Positions 45,964 through 54,525 of a stretch of DNA of 64,000 nucleotides are shown here, in pieces. Location of the stretch: assembly GCA_037917675.1 (NCBI GenBank), contig JAVCBW010000034.1:32001-96000 (forward strand), given 5' to 3'. The translations under genes and the position numbers were made by a program. The notes beneath the pieces were generated by a model. That model saw only the letters and a list, made by a program, of their open reading frames with translations. It made no database searches and was not told the origin of the DNA. Every line of letters begins with the position of its first letter. The first letter of the stretch is position 1. This DNA comes from Thermoproteota archaeon (lineage in GTDB: Archaea > Korarchaeota > Korarchaeia > B14-G2).

Positions 45964-47265
45964 TGCAGCTAGCTCAGCGCTCTCCTTGTCCCCGTGTACA
46001 TAGGCCACCAGAGGCTTCCCAGCCTCCCTAGATGGCTCCATGAAGCCTCTCCTAAGCCTCTCCTCCTCTATCAGAGGCCTTGTCCACCCGCCCATGCACA
46101 GCAAGATCGCTATACAGGCATCTACACCAGGGTCCTTGAGAACTTCTCTCAGAGCAGCTTCATAGCAGCTGACGCCAACAGACTCATAGAGTGGCTCAAC
46201 ATCCACGAATAGGCCGACTCTAGCCCACCTAGGCATCATCTCCTCAATCCTCCTCTTGACTCCATCTGAGAGCTCAGCCACTTTGAGGCCCATGTTGGAG
46301 ACAGCATCAGAGGCTAAGACTCCTCCTGCGCCAGTCATGCTCACGGCAGCTACTCTCGGCCCTCTTGGGAGAGGCTGCATGAGGAGGCCCTTAGCTATAC
46401 TGAACATCTCACCCATGGAGCTTGCTCTGATGACTCCTGCCTGCAGGCTGCTGAAAACACCCTGTCATCTCCAGCTAGCGACCCCGTATGCGTCATTGCA
46501 GCTCTAGCTCCAGCTGCAGTCCTACCTGCCTTCAAGACTATCACAGGCTTCCTAGCAGTAACCCTCTTAGCGACTTCAAGAAACTTTCTTCCATCTGAAA
46601 CACTCTCTAGATAAGCTGCTATCACCTTAGTCTCATCATCTCTTCCAAGATACTCAAGAGCCTCCCACTCTGAGACATCACACTTGTTTCCAAGCCCACA
46701 GACCTTAGCTACGCCAAAGGGCTGAGTGGTGAGCATCCAGCTCAGGGTTGCACCAGCAAACAGTCCAGTCTGAGCTATGAATGAAACTCCCCCCTTTCTG
46801 AGCCCCTCCAGTGGGACAAAGCTCGTAGTGAACATGTTTGATGTGTCGAGTATCCCAGTCGTGTTAGGGCCTATTATCCTCATCCCAGCCTTCCTAGCCA
46901 CCTCGAGAAGCTCCTTCTCAAGCTCCTCCCTCCTCTCCAGTTTCCTTGAAGCCTGAGCTGACCACCACAAGCCCCTTGACCCCCTTATCAGCACATTCCC
47001 TAGCAGCCTGAGGTACTCTGTCAGCTGGGATAGCTATGATAGCCACATCGACTTCATCTGGCACATCAAGTATACTCCTATAGGCCTTGAGCCCCTGGAT
47101 ATAGCCTCCCTTCACATTCACAGCATAAACCCTCCCCTTATACCCTAGTGTGAGCAGGTTTCTCAGCAGGTAGTACCCAAACTTCCCCTCCTTGCCTGAT
47201 GCTCCTATCACAGCTACACTCCTAGGCTCGAAGAAGAAGCCTATCCCAGGCATCAGAGCCTCCAT
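45853..47265 (-). pseudogene. ADP-forming acyl-CoA synthetase alpha subunit split by two frameshifts
   Basis: PRSVAVIGAS (ORF 46918..47265), IGPN/HTGSLAG (46395..46994) and GAGGVLASD (45853..46416); shifts near 46928 and 46438. Confidence 0.85.
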
Positions 47266-47412
47266 GGCAAAGCTATTTAAGCCATTACACGCATCTATAG
47301 GCTTCCCACGTTAGATCCTTGAGAGCATGCTTCTGCTGGATCCTGCAGCGTAGCTGGCTTGAGGGGCTTTGAGGGCAGGATATTCTTAAATACAGCCTCT
47401 ACAGGCGCTAGC

Positions 47413-47465
47413 TGGTGATGAAGACTGGGACAGCTGACAGGTGATGAGTTTGCCGATTACTGAGC
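47413..47465 (+). ncRNA. Archaeal C/D-box guide sRNA
   Basis: C GTGATGA 47415-21; 12-nt guide; D' CTGA 47434-37; C' GTGATGA 47441-47; 12-nt guide; D CTGA 47460-63; own TATA CTTAAATA at 47385-92. Confidence 0.9.
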
Positions 47466-47951
47466 CTACCTCATCTTACCCTCCTCAACTGAGCTCAGTA
47501 TGATCGCAACTACATCAGATACATACCTTATCACCTTGCTTACCTGCTTCTTCACAACTCTATAGCTGAGGACACCATCATAGAAGCCATCTAGCATGAG
47601 GATCTTCTCGAGAGCAGCAAACCTCTCTGGGAGGTTGAAGGCCTCGATGATGTGGCTGTTCTCTGCTAGGCTCCAAAGCCTTTCCATTCTCTCCTTAGAA
47701 GTCTTCGGCACTCCAAGCCCATAGGCGGCGAGCAGGGCGTCTGTTGCCTTAGATATGGAAAGCCATGCATTAGCACATGCTGCTCTGATTGATGGGGTTC
47801 TACCTCCTATGCTTGCCTTAATGTCATTTACAGCTTGGAAGACCAGGTCCACAGCCTCATGGAGGAGGCTGTAGACGACGTTAGGACCTTTCTCCATCTC
47901 CTCTTTAGCTCTAGCAAGCATTTCCTCAAGCTCTCCTGATGGGGCTGCCAA
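47466..47951 (-). CDS. PaREP1/HEPN-like helical protein
   Basis: ACANAWLSISKATDALL...PKTSKER...L(M)LDGFYDG pattern. Confidence 0.55.
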   Translation of the reverse strand: MAAPSGELEEMLARAKEEMEKGPNVVYSLLHEAVDLVFQAVNDIKASIGGRTPSIRAACANAWLSISKATDALLAAYGLGVPKTSKERMERLWSLAENSHIIEAFNLPERFAALEKILMLDGFYDGVLSYRVVKKQVSKVIRYVSDVVAIILSSVEEGKMR

Positions 47952-48071
47952 CAGATCCCTGGTACCATCTAGCTCATATATCTTAAAACCTTTAGCTAGC
48001 TACTCTAGCACCTATGTCTCTCAGCTTCTGCTTGGATAAAATTTTTAACGTGCTAGCATCTAGGGGATGCC

Positions 48072-48416
48072 TTGCCTGCTAAGGTAGCTCACTTCACTCA
48101 GGTTGAGGAGCAGGTCTTTGAGGAACCTTCTGCTAGAGGCCTGAAGGTCAGGTGGCTGATTACGAGAGAGGATGGGGCAGAGAACTTTGCCATGAGGCTC
48201 TTCGAGCTAGAGCCACAGGGTTACTCTCCACATCACACACACGACTGGGAGCATGAGGTATACGTGCTAGAAGGTAGGGGTGTCATCAAGATAGGTGATG
48301 TAGAGCATGAGGTTGAGCCAGGATACTTCGCCTTCATACCGCCAAACGAGCCACATAGCATAATCAACAGAGGAGATAAGCCTCTAAGGTTCCTCTGCCT
48401 CATACCATATAAGTAG
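48072..48416 (+). CDS. Cupin domain protein
   Basis: FAMRLFE, PHHTHDWEHE, FIPPNEPH. Confidence 0.92.
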   Translation: MPAKVAHFTQVEEQVFEEPSARGLKVRWLITREDGAENFAMRLFELEPQGYSPHHTHDWEHEVYVLEGRGVIKIGDVEHEVEPGYFAFIPPNEPHSIINRGDKPLRFLCLIPYK

Positions 48417-49524
48417 CAGCTAATCTCCTCAGCCTCTTCAGTGCATCCAGCTTCTCTCTCTTCTTAGCGTCAGCTCTCTCGAGCGCTGTGGTCAGGAAGT
48501 CTATTGCTTCATCTAGAGCCCTCCTGTCTACAGGGAATGGCACCCCATCTTTCCCGCCGAATGCGAAGCTGAACTTAGCTGGGTCTCTCCAGCTCGCCTT
48601 CTCGCCATAGACTAGCTCAGCTATCAGAGCTAGCCCTCTAACTGTAGCAGGCCCAATCCCCCTTATCTCTATGAGCTCCTCATACCTGCTAGGCTGAAGC
48701 TGGTAGGCCTCCTCTAGAGCTCTCCAGTTTATGCTCCAAGGCATCTTCAGGTAGCTTGCTCCAGCCTCCCCTCCAGGAATCCACTTCAGAAGGGTCTTCT
48801 GACCCCCTATAAGCTCATCTATGAGCCTAGCTACCCTCCTAGGCCCCTCCCTAGCTAGGTCTAGGGAGGCCCTCCTGGCGCCCTCACTTTCACCTGCAGT
48901 CATGTCTAGCACACTCTTCCTGACCTTCTCAGCTACTATAGCTGTGTGAGGCTCTTCTGTGAAGCTTCTCAGCCTAGCTGAAAGCCAGTGGTATCTCCTA
49001 GCTGTCTTGTCAGCTGGGCTCATACCCTGCTGAACCACAGTCCACAGCCCACTTTCAGCGAAGACGAAGGCATGGTGGTAGAGCTGGTAGCCATCTTGCA
49101 CACATGCGTTATCGACTTTGGCAGCAAGCCTGCTAGCCCTAGTGAGCTCGCCTGCGAGCTCCATGACACCCATCTTCCTACAGGCCTCCTCTATGTCAGC
49201 TGGAGCTCTCAAGCTAGCTTTACCCTTCCCACCACAGACTGCCACCCCATGCTCAGCTGGGTCTATAGCCTCTCTAAGTGCTGCAGTGACTACTGTGGTG
49301 AGCCCAGAGGAGTGCCAGTCGAAGCCTAGCACACACCCTAGTGCCTGGAACCAGAATGGGTCTGCTAGCCTAGCTACAAGCTCCTCACTACCATACTCTG
49401 AGGTCACGACAGAGACTAAAGCTCTAGCTAACTTAACCATCCTAGAGAAAAGCCACCTGGGAACCCAGCCTCCATGGAGAGGTAAGTCTGCTATCCCAGT
49501 TAAGCTCAACCCTGACCCTACCAT
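48400..49524 (-). CDS. DUF763 family protein
   Basis: ADLPLHGG, GFDWHSSG, QDGYQLYHH, GGKDGVPFPV. Confidence 0.92.
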   Translation of the reverse strand: MVGSGLSLTGIADLPLHGGWVPRWLFSRMVKLARALVSVVTSEYGSEELVARLADPFWFQALGCVLGFDWHSSGLTTVVTAALREAIDPAEHGVAVCGGKGKASLRAPADIEEACRKMGVMELAGELTRASRLAAKVDNACVQDGYQLYHHAFVFAESGLWTVVQQGMSPADKTARRYHWLSARLRSFTEEPHTAIVAEKVRKSVLDMTAGESEGARRASLDLAREGPRRVARLIDELIGGQKTLLKWIPGGEAGASYLKMPWSINWRALEEAYQLQPSRYEELIEIRGIGPATVRGLALIAELVYGEKASWRDPAKFSFAFGGKDGVPFPVDRRALDEAIDFLTTALERADAKKREKLDALKRLRRLAATYMV

Positions 49525-49693
49525 ATAGCTGCAGCTACAGTATAAATGTACCCACTAGCTCAGGCCTCTGGGCCACTAAGGTCATGAGCAGAAGCCCCAG
49601 CTCCAGAGGCTACATGCGCCAGCTGCTCTCTGAGCCCTCACCTCCAGCCTTCAGTTGCAGCTGCAAGCATCTTTTTAAGCTATCTCATCTACA

Positions 49694-50947
49694 GTGATCG
49701 GCATGCTAGATCTCTCTCAGGTATTCAGGCAGCTTGAGCTCAAGCTAAGTGTGCTCAAGAGAGGAGTAGAGAGCTACCCTGAGCTGCTAGACAAGCTGGC
49801 TAAGGTGCTCAGCAGCCCTCTGCCAAGCAGAGATGATGTCCTATCTCTGCTAACCGGAGATAGGAGCTGCCTAGCTCTGCTAGGAGACCTAGCTCTCCCA
49901 ACTAGTGAGTGGGGTGTGCCCTCCATCCCACCCAGCTTCAGGGTTGGCGCATTCAGTGCAGGTGAGACCTGGGCTCTAGAGGCCTTAGAGGATGCAACCG
50001 TGATCGCGACAGACTCAGGGATCATCACACCAGACCACCACATCCTACCTCTCATGGCAGTCTTGAATAAGGGCTACTATGCAGCATACTACAGGAGAGC
50101 AGGGACATCTTGCCTTGAGGGCTCTGAGTGTGAGCTTAGGGTTGGAGAGGAGCTGTACCTACAGCGTGGAGGAGAGCTGAGGCTGATGAACTGGGCTGAC
50201 AGAGATGCCTGGGCATATGAAGGAGAGCTCTCCATCGCAGTCAAGGCAGCTGAGCAGGTTAAGGGCTCTAGGCCAGCAGTCCTCCTCCTAGACAGGCCTC
50301 TGTCTCTGACTTATGCCATGGACAGGAGGCACTTGGATAAAGCTAAGCTCATAGCTGTAGTGAGGAAGTGGCTTCCAAAGCTGAGAGAGGCTGAGATCAT
50401 ACCTGCTGGAGTCTACTTCTCAGCTGCAAGGTCCCTGTGCAACACTCTGGTTAGAGCTGTGCTGTGCTCTAAGGTGGCCTCATGCTCAAGCTGCAGATCT
50501 ACATGGAGAGCTAGGGCGAGTCCTCCTCTCTGCCGTGAGGCTGTTGCAGTCAATGATTCGCTCCTCTACTCGAAGCTACTGAATCCAGGTGAGAGGTCTC
50601 CTCTCCTCAAGGCCTACAACAAGGCTACAGCAAAGACGCTGGACATACTGTTCTTCTACTTGAAGGCTGGTGAAGGCGTGCTTAGAGTGGAGATCCCAGA
50701 GTGGGCTATGGCAGAAGCTGAGCTAGTGCATAGAGTAGTGTGTGCTCAAGCTGCTCTAGCTGGAGGATACCCCTACGCCATGGTGAGAGCACATGAGAAT
50801 GCTGTAGTCACTGGAAGAGAGAGGTCTGCTTTCTATGAGCTTGTAGACAGGTTCCTAGCATCCAGGGGGATAACCCCCCCTGGAGGAAGATCTCCTGGAG
50901 TCAAGCTAACTAGGAAGGCTAAGCTGAAGATGAGGACGGTGATCTGA
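49694..50947 (+). CDS. nurA: NurA nuclease with Cys-cluster insertion
   Basis: ATDSG, LLLDRPL, RVEIPEW, GYPYAMVRAHE. Confidence 0.85.
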   Translation: MIGMLDLSQVFRQLELKLSVLKRGVESYPELLDKLAKVLSSPLPSRDDVLSLLTGDRSCLALLGDLALPTSEWGVPSIPPSFRVGAFSAGETWALEALEDATVIATDSGIITPDHHILPLMAVLNKGYYAAYYRRAGTSCLEGSECELRVGEELYLQRGGELRLMNWADRDAWAYEGELSIAVKAAEQVKGSRPAVLLLDRPLSLTYAMDRRHLDKAKLIAVVRKWLPKLREAEIIPAGVYFSAARSLCNTLVRAVLCSKVASCSSCRSTWRARASPPLCREAVAVNDSLLYSKLLNPGERSPLLKAYNKATAKTLDILFFYLKAGEGVLRVEIPEWAMAEAELVHRVVCAQAALAGGYPYAMVRAHENAVVTGRERSAFYELVDRFLASRGITPPGGRSPGVKLTRKAKLKMRTVI

Positions 50948-51588
50948 TGTCATACCTAGATGAGTACTCTAGGCCTGATAGAGCCTTCGGAGAAGTCTTC
51001 ACCTCAACCTTCACAGAGTTCTCAGTCCAGTCATACTCTCCAGCATACTCCTCGACACCAGAGTATGGCTCCCTGATAGCTGTGAACTGCGAGACCCTAC
51101 TCATAATAGGCCTTGTTTACTCTTCAGAGGTTGTCTCAGCGACGGTCGTGGCATCTCTGCCGACACCACTCAGGAAGACTAGGAGAGAGATCCAGAGCAT
51201 GTACCCAGATCTAGACTCCAGGCTGAGAGACGTGTACAGAGCTGTCTCAGTAGGCTACTATGATGGAAGCATGTTCTGGCATGACAGGCCTCCGAGAAAG
51301 CCTCTGGTACACGACCTAGCTTACCTGCCAGACACTAGGCTCATAAGGGAGTTCCATGGGACCCCGCCGAAGCTAGGCTACCTGCCGCTTGTCTTCGCCT
51401 CCCTGCCAGAGAGGGAGGCTCTGATGCTGACCAGAGGTCTAGCGAGGTTCCTTGCATCCAAGTTCAGGTCTCAAGAGGAGAGGGAGCAGCTTCTGAGGAG
51501 CGGAGTAGAGTCTCTGCAGGCATGGGGCTATGACGCAGAACTGATAGTTATGGTAAGCGAGATGCTCGAGTCGATGCTAAGCATGTAG
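50947..51588 (+). CDS. Stand-alone HAS-barrel protein
   Basis: GEVFTSTFTEF..PEYGSLI..GLVY..PPRKPLVHD; located between nurA and herA. Confidence 0.7.
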   Translation: MSYLDEYSRPDRAFGEVFTSTFTEFSVQSYSPAYSSTPEYGSLIAVNCETLLIIGLVYSSEVVSATVVASLPTPLRKTRREIQSMYPDLDSRLRDVYRAVSVGYYDGSMFWHDRPPRKPLVHDLAYLPDTRLIREFHGTPPKLGYLPLVFASLPEREALMLTRGLARFLASKFRSQEEREQLLRSGVESLQAWGYDAELIVMVSEMLESMLSM

Positions 51589-51647
51589 CCGCTGCCAGCT
51601 GCAGCAAAGTTTAGTAGCCTCCTGCCATAGGCTCATGTGGTGTCTTC

Positions 51648-53279
51648 ATGGGTAAGCTTAGGGTGTTTGGTGGAAGCTTATCCTCTGGCGTCTATGCTCG
51701 TATCCCACCTGGGTCATCTTCAGAAGACTATGCCATAGGCTCCATAGTAGCTGTCAGAGGGGTTAAGAAGACCTTTCTAGCTGTGGTCGGCGACATCCAT
51801 CATAGGAGCGGGGTTACTGCAGCTGAGTCCCTGAGCGGGAGCCCTGAGCCTCCAGCTCAGGCGATAGCTCAGCTTAGAGGGAGGACTCTAGGCTCCATGG
51901 TCACCCTGATACCTGTAGCCCAAGCTGACAGCAGCGGTGAGGTAGAGGAGGCCACAACGATACCAGACTACCTCACAGAGGGATCTGAGCCGACTGAGGA
52001 GGAGGTGATAAGGTTCTATGGGACACCAGACTACAAGCTGAGGTGGCCAGTAGGCTCTCCAAAGAACTCTATGGCGCAGGTTCCACTCGACATAGATGCG
52101 CTGACTAGAGGCTGCTTTGGGATATTCGGGAAGAGCGGCACAGGAAAGACCTTCCTCGGGAACCTGATTGCAGCAGCCATAGCAGTAGCGTCAAGACGCA
52201 TGGAGGGCCAGCCTCCAGTAAAGCTCCTAATACTAGACATGCATAGCGAGTATGCTCTTAAAGTCAAGGATCAGCTTGGAAGAGACTACGAGAAGGGTGT
52301 AGGGCAGGCTCTAAGAGAGGAATTCATGTCCTACACGATAGACAGGGCTCTAGAGGCTGAGCATGGCCTCAGGATGTTCACTATACCAGTCAGAGCCCTC
52401 AGGATAGACGACATAGTAGCATGTGAAAAGGCTCTAGGCTTGACACCAAGGTTCATAGAGCTGCTCCCAAGCTTAGCTAGGAGGATAGGAAGCTGGCTCA
52501 AAGCTAAGGGAGAGGAGCGTAGCTGGCTTGAGTGGCTGATCAAAGCTGACGAAGAGGAGCTACATGGGTTCCTCGAGGAGAAGAGGGTGCAGCCTGGCGA
52601 AAGGCACTCGCTGCTGTCAGCTAGAAGCCGCCTCCAGAGGCTAGAAGACTTCGAGTTCATGGAGTGGGGTAGCCAGCAAGCTGACTCAGTAAGCGAGGTG
52701 GTTCAGGGCATAGTGGAGCAGGGGAGGAGCTGCATAATAGCATTCGGCAGGTATGGAGACGATGCGCTCGCATACATGCTTGTAGCGAACATACTAGCCA
52801 GGAGGATATGGGAGAAGTATGTTGACATGGCTATGAGAGGAGAGAAGCCTAGGAGCAGGCTGGTCATATTCCTAGAGGAGGCCCATAAGTTCCTGGCTCC
52901 AGACGTATACTACAAGACTCCATTCGGGAAGATAGCTAGGGAGCTCAGAAAGCGTGGTGTAGTCCTCTGTATCATAGACCAGAGGCCCTCCCAGATATCA
53001 GATGAGGTCATGGCTATGCTATGGAACAGGTTTGTCATGAACCTTGCAGAGGAAAAGGACATAGAGACAGCCACCATGGGGCTCCCATTCAAGAGGCTAT
53101 TTAAGCCACTTGTAGAGAGGCTGAGGAGGGGGGAAGTACTCCTCTTCGGAGAGGCAGTCAAGATACCTGCTGTAGTTAAGGTAGCAGACTACAAGCAGAT
53201 GATGAAGAGGCTACAGGAAGAGTATAGAGAGGCATTGAGGACACCAGATGAAGAGCTAGCTGAAGCATATGGGTACTAG
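51648..53279 (+). CDS. herA: HerA (DUF87) DNA translocase/helicase
   Basis: GKSGTGKT, DMHSEY, EEAHKF, ARELRK, QRPS. Confidence 0.92.
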   Translation: MGKLRVFGGSLSSGVYARIPPGSSSEDYAIGSIVAVRGVKKTFLAVVGDIHHRSGVTAAESLSGSPEPPAQAIAQLRGRTLGSMVTLIPVAQADSSGEVEEATTIPDYLTEGSEPTEEEVIRFYGTPDYKLRWPVGSPKNSMAQVPLDIDALTRGCFGIFGKSGTGKTFLGNLIAAAIAVASRRMEGQPPVKLLILDMHSEYALKVKDQLGRDYEKGVGQALREEFMSYTIDRALEAEHGLRMFTIPVRALRIDDIVACEKALGLTPRFIELLPSLARRIGSWLKAKGEERSWLEWLIKADEEELHGFLEEKRVQPGERHSLLSARSRLQRLEDFEFMEWGSQQADSVSEVVQGIVEQGRSCIIAFGRYGDDALAYMLVANILARRIWEKYVDMAMRGEKPRSRLVIFLEEAHKFLAPDVYYKTPFGKIARELRKRGVVLCIIDQRPSQISDEVMAMLWNRFVMNLAEEKDIETATMGLPFKRLFKPLVERLRRGEVLLFGEAVKIPAVVKVADYKQMMKRLQEEYREALRTPDEELAEAYGY

Positions 53280-53340
53280 CTCTCTGCTCTCAGCCTACGC
53301 TAGCGGTTGGCTTTAAGTAGATCTGCTCTAGTAGTATAGC

Positions 53341-54525
53341 ATGCTGCTAGTGCATACTGCTGACTTCCATCTTGGCGTTGGGCTGCTTGAGGCTCCTGCT
53401 GGCAGCGCTATCTGGCAGCGTAGGGTCGAGGACTTTGTCGGTAGGATGATGGAGATAGCTAGGGAGGCTATCAGGATCAAAGCTGACTTCGTCATGGTTG
53501 CAGGAGACATCTTCCAGACTACACGCCCCCATGGCTGGCTTCTACGAGAGTTCGCTAGGTTCATCAGGATGCTTGTCGAAAATAGGGTTCAGGTTGTGGC
53601 TATAGCTGGAAACCACGACCAGCCTAGGTTAGTTGAGTCCTCAACTCACTTAGATGCTCTAGCTGAGCTCAATATCAGAGGCTTCTACTATGCGAGGAAG
53701 CCTATGGCAATCGATCTAAAGGGAGCATACAGCGGAAAGAGGCTCAGGTTCATCTGCCTCCCATACATGCACCCCCTCCTCACCAGGGAGGGCTCCATTG
53801 ACACTGTAGCATATGAGAAGCTTGTTGAGTCTCGCCTCAGAAAGCTAGCTGAGGAGTCTACTGCAGAATACACTGTCACTATAGCTCACTTCCTCGTCTA
53901 TGGAGCTGTCAGGGGAGCTGAGATATACCTTAAACCAGGAGTCTATGAGGCTCCAGTGAGCCCCCACATCTTCAGGATCCCACAGGTGAGCTACACTGCA
54001 TTAGGCCATGTACACAAGTACCAGGAGCTAGCTAAGAGGGTCCTCTACTCTGGCTCGATAGAGAGAGTGAACTTCGGTGAGGCAGAGGAGGAGAAGGGGT
54101 TTATCACAGTAAGAGAGGAGAGGGGTGATCTTGAGCTAAGCTTCACACCACTCCCCTGCAGGAGGATGGCTTCCCTGACAGTAGATGTCTCCAGGAGCGC
54201 AAACCCTACAGCTAGGGTTGTAGAGGAGCTTAAGTCGCAGCTGCTAGAAGATGCTATACTGAAGCTCACCATCAAAGCCAGGAGAGAGCAGCTTGCATCA
54301 CTGAACACACGTGAGATAGACAGAGTGCTAGAGAAGCTGAAGTGCTTCTATCATGTCCTCAGGTATGACATGGCATATGAGAGACCAGGAAGCCCTATGC
54401 TAACTTCAGCAATGACTCTAGAGGAAGCTCTAGAGAGGTATGTGAGGCAGCTGAACCTCAGAAAGAGCCTAGAGGAGAAGGTGATTGAGGAGGGGAAGAG
54501 GATACTGAGGGAGATGCATGCTTGA
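53341..54525 (+). CDS. mre11: Mre11/SbcD nuclease
   Basis: HTADFHLG, AGDIF, GNHD, AH, ALGHVH, YSGSIER..FGE. Confidence 0.93.
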   Translation: MLLVHTADFHLGVGLLEAPAGSAIWQRRVEDFVGRMMEIAREAIRIKADFVMVAGDIFQTTRPHGWLLREFARFIRMLVENRVQVVAIAGNHDQPRLVESSTHLDALAELNIRGFYYARKPMAIDLKGAYSGKRLRFICLPYMHPLLTREGSIDTVAYEKLVESRLRKLAEESTAEYTVTIAHFLVYGAVRGAEIYLKPGVYEAPVSPHIFRIPQVSYTALGHVHKYQELAKRVLYSGSIERVNFGEAEEEKGFITVREERGDLELSFTPLPCRRMASLTVDVSRSANPTARVVEELKSQLLEDAILKLTIKARREQLASLNTREIDRVLEKLKCFYHVLRYDMAYERPGSPMLTSAMTLEEALERYVRQLNLRKSLEEKVIEEGKRILREMHA

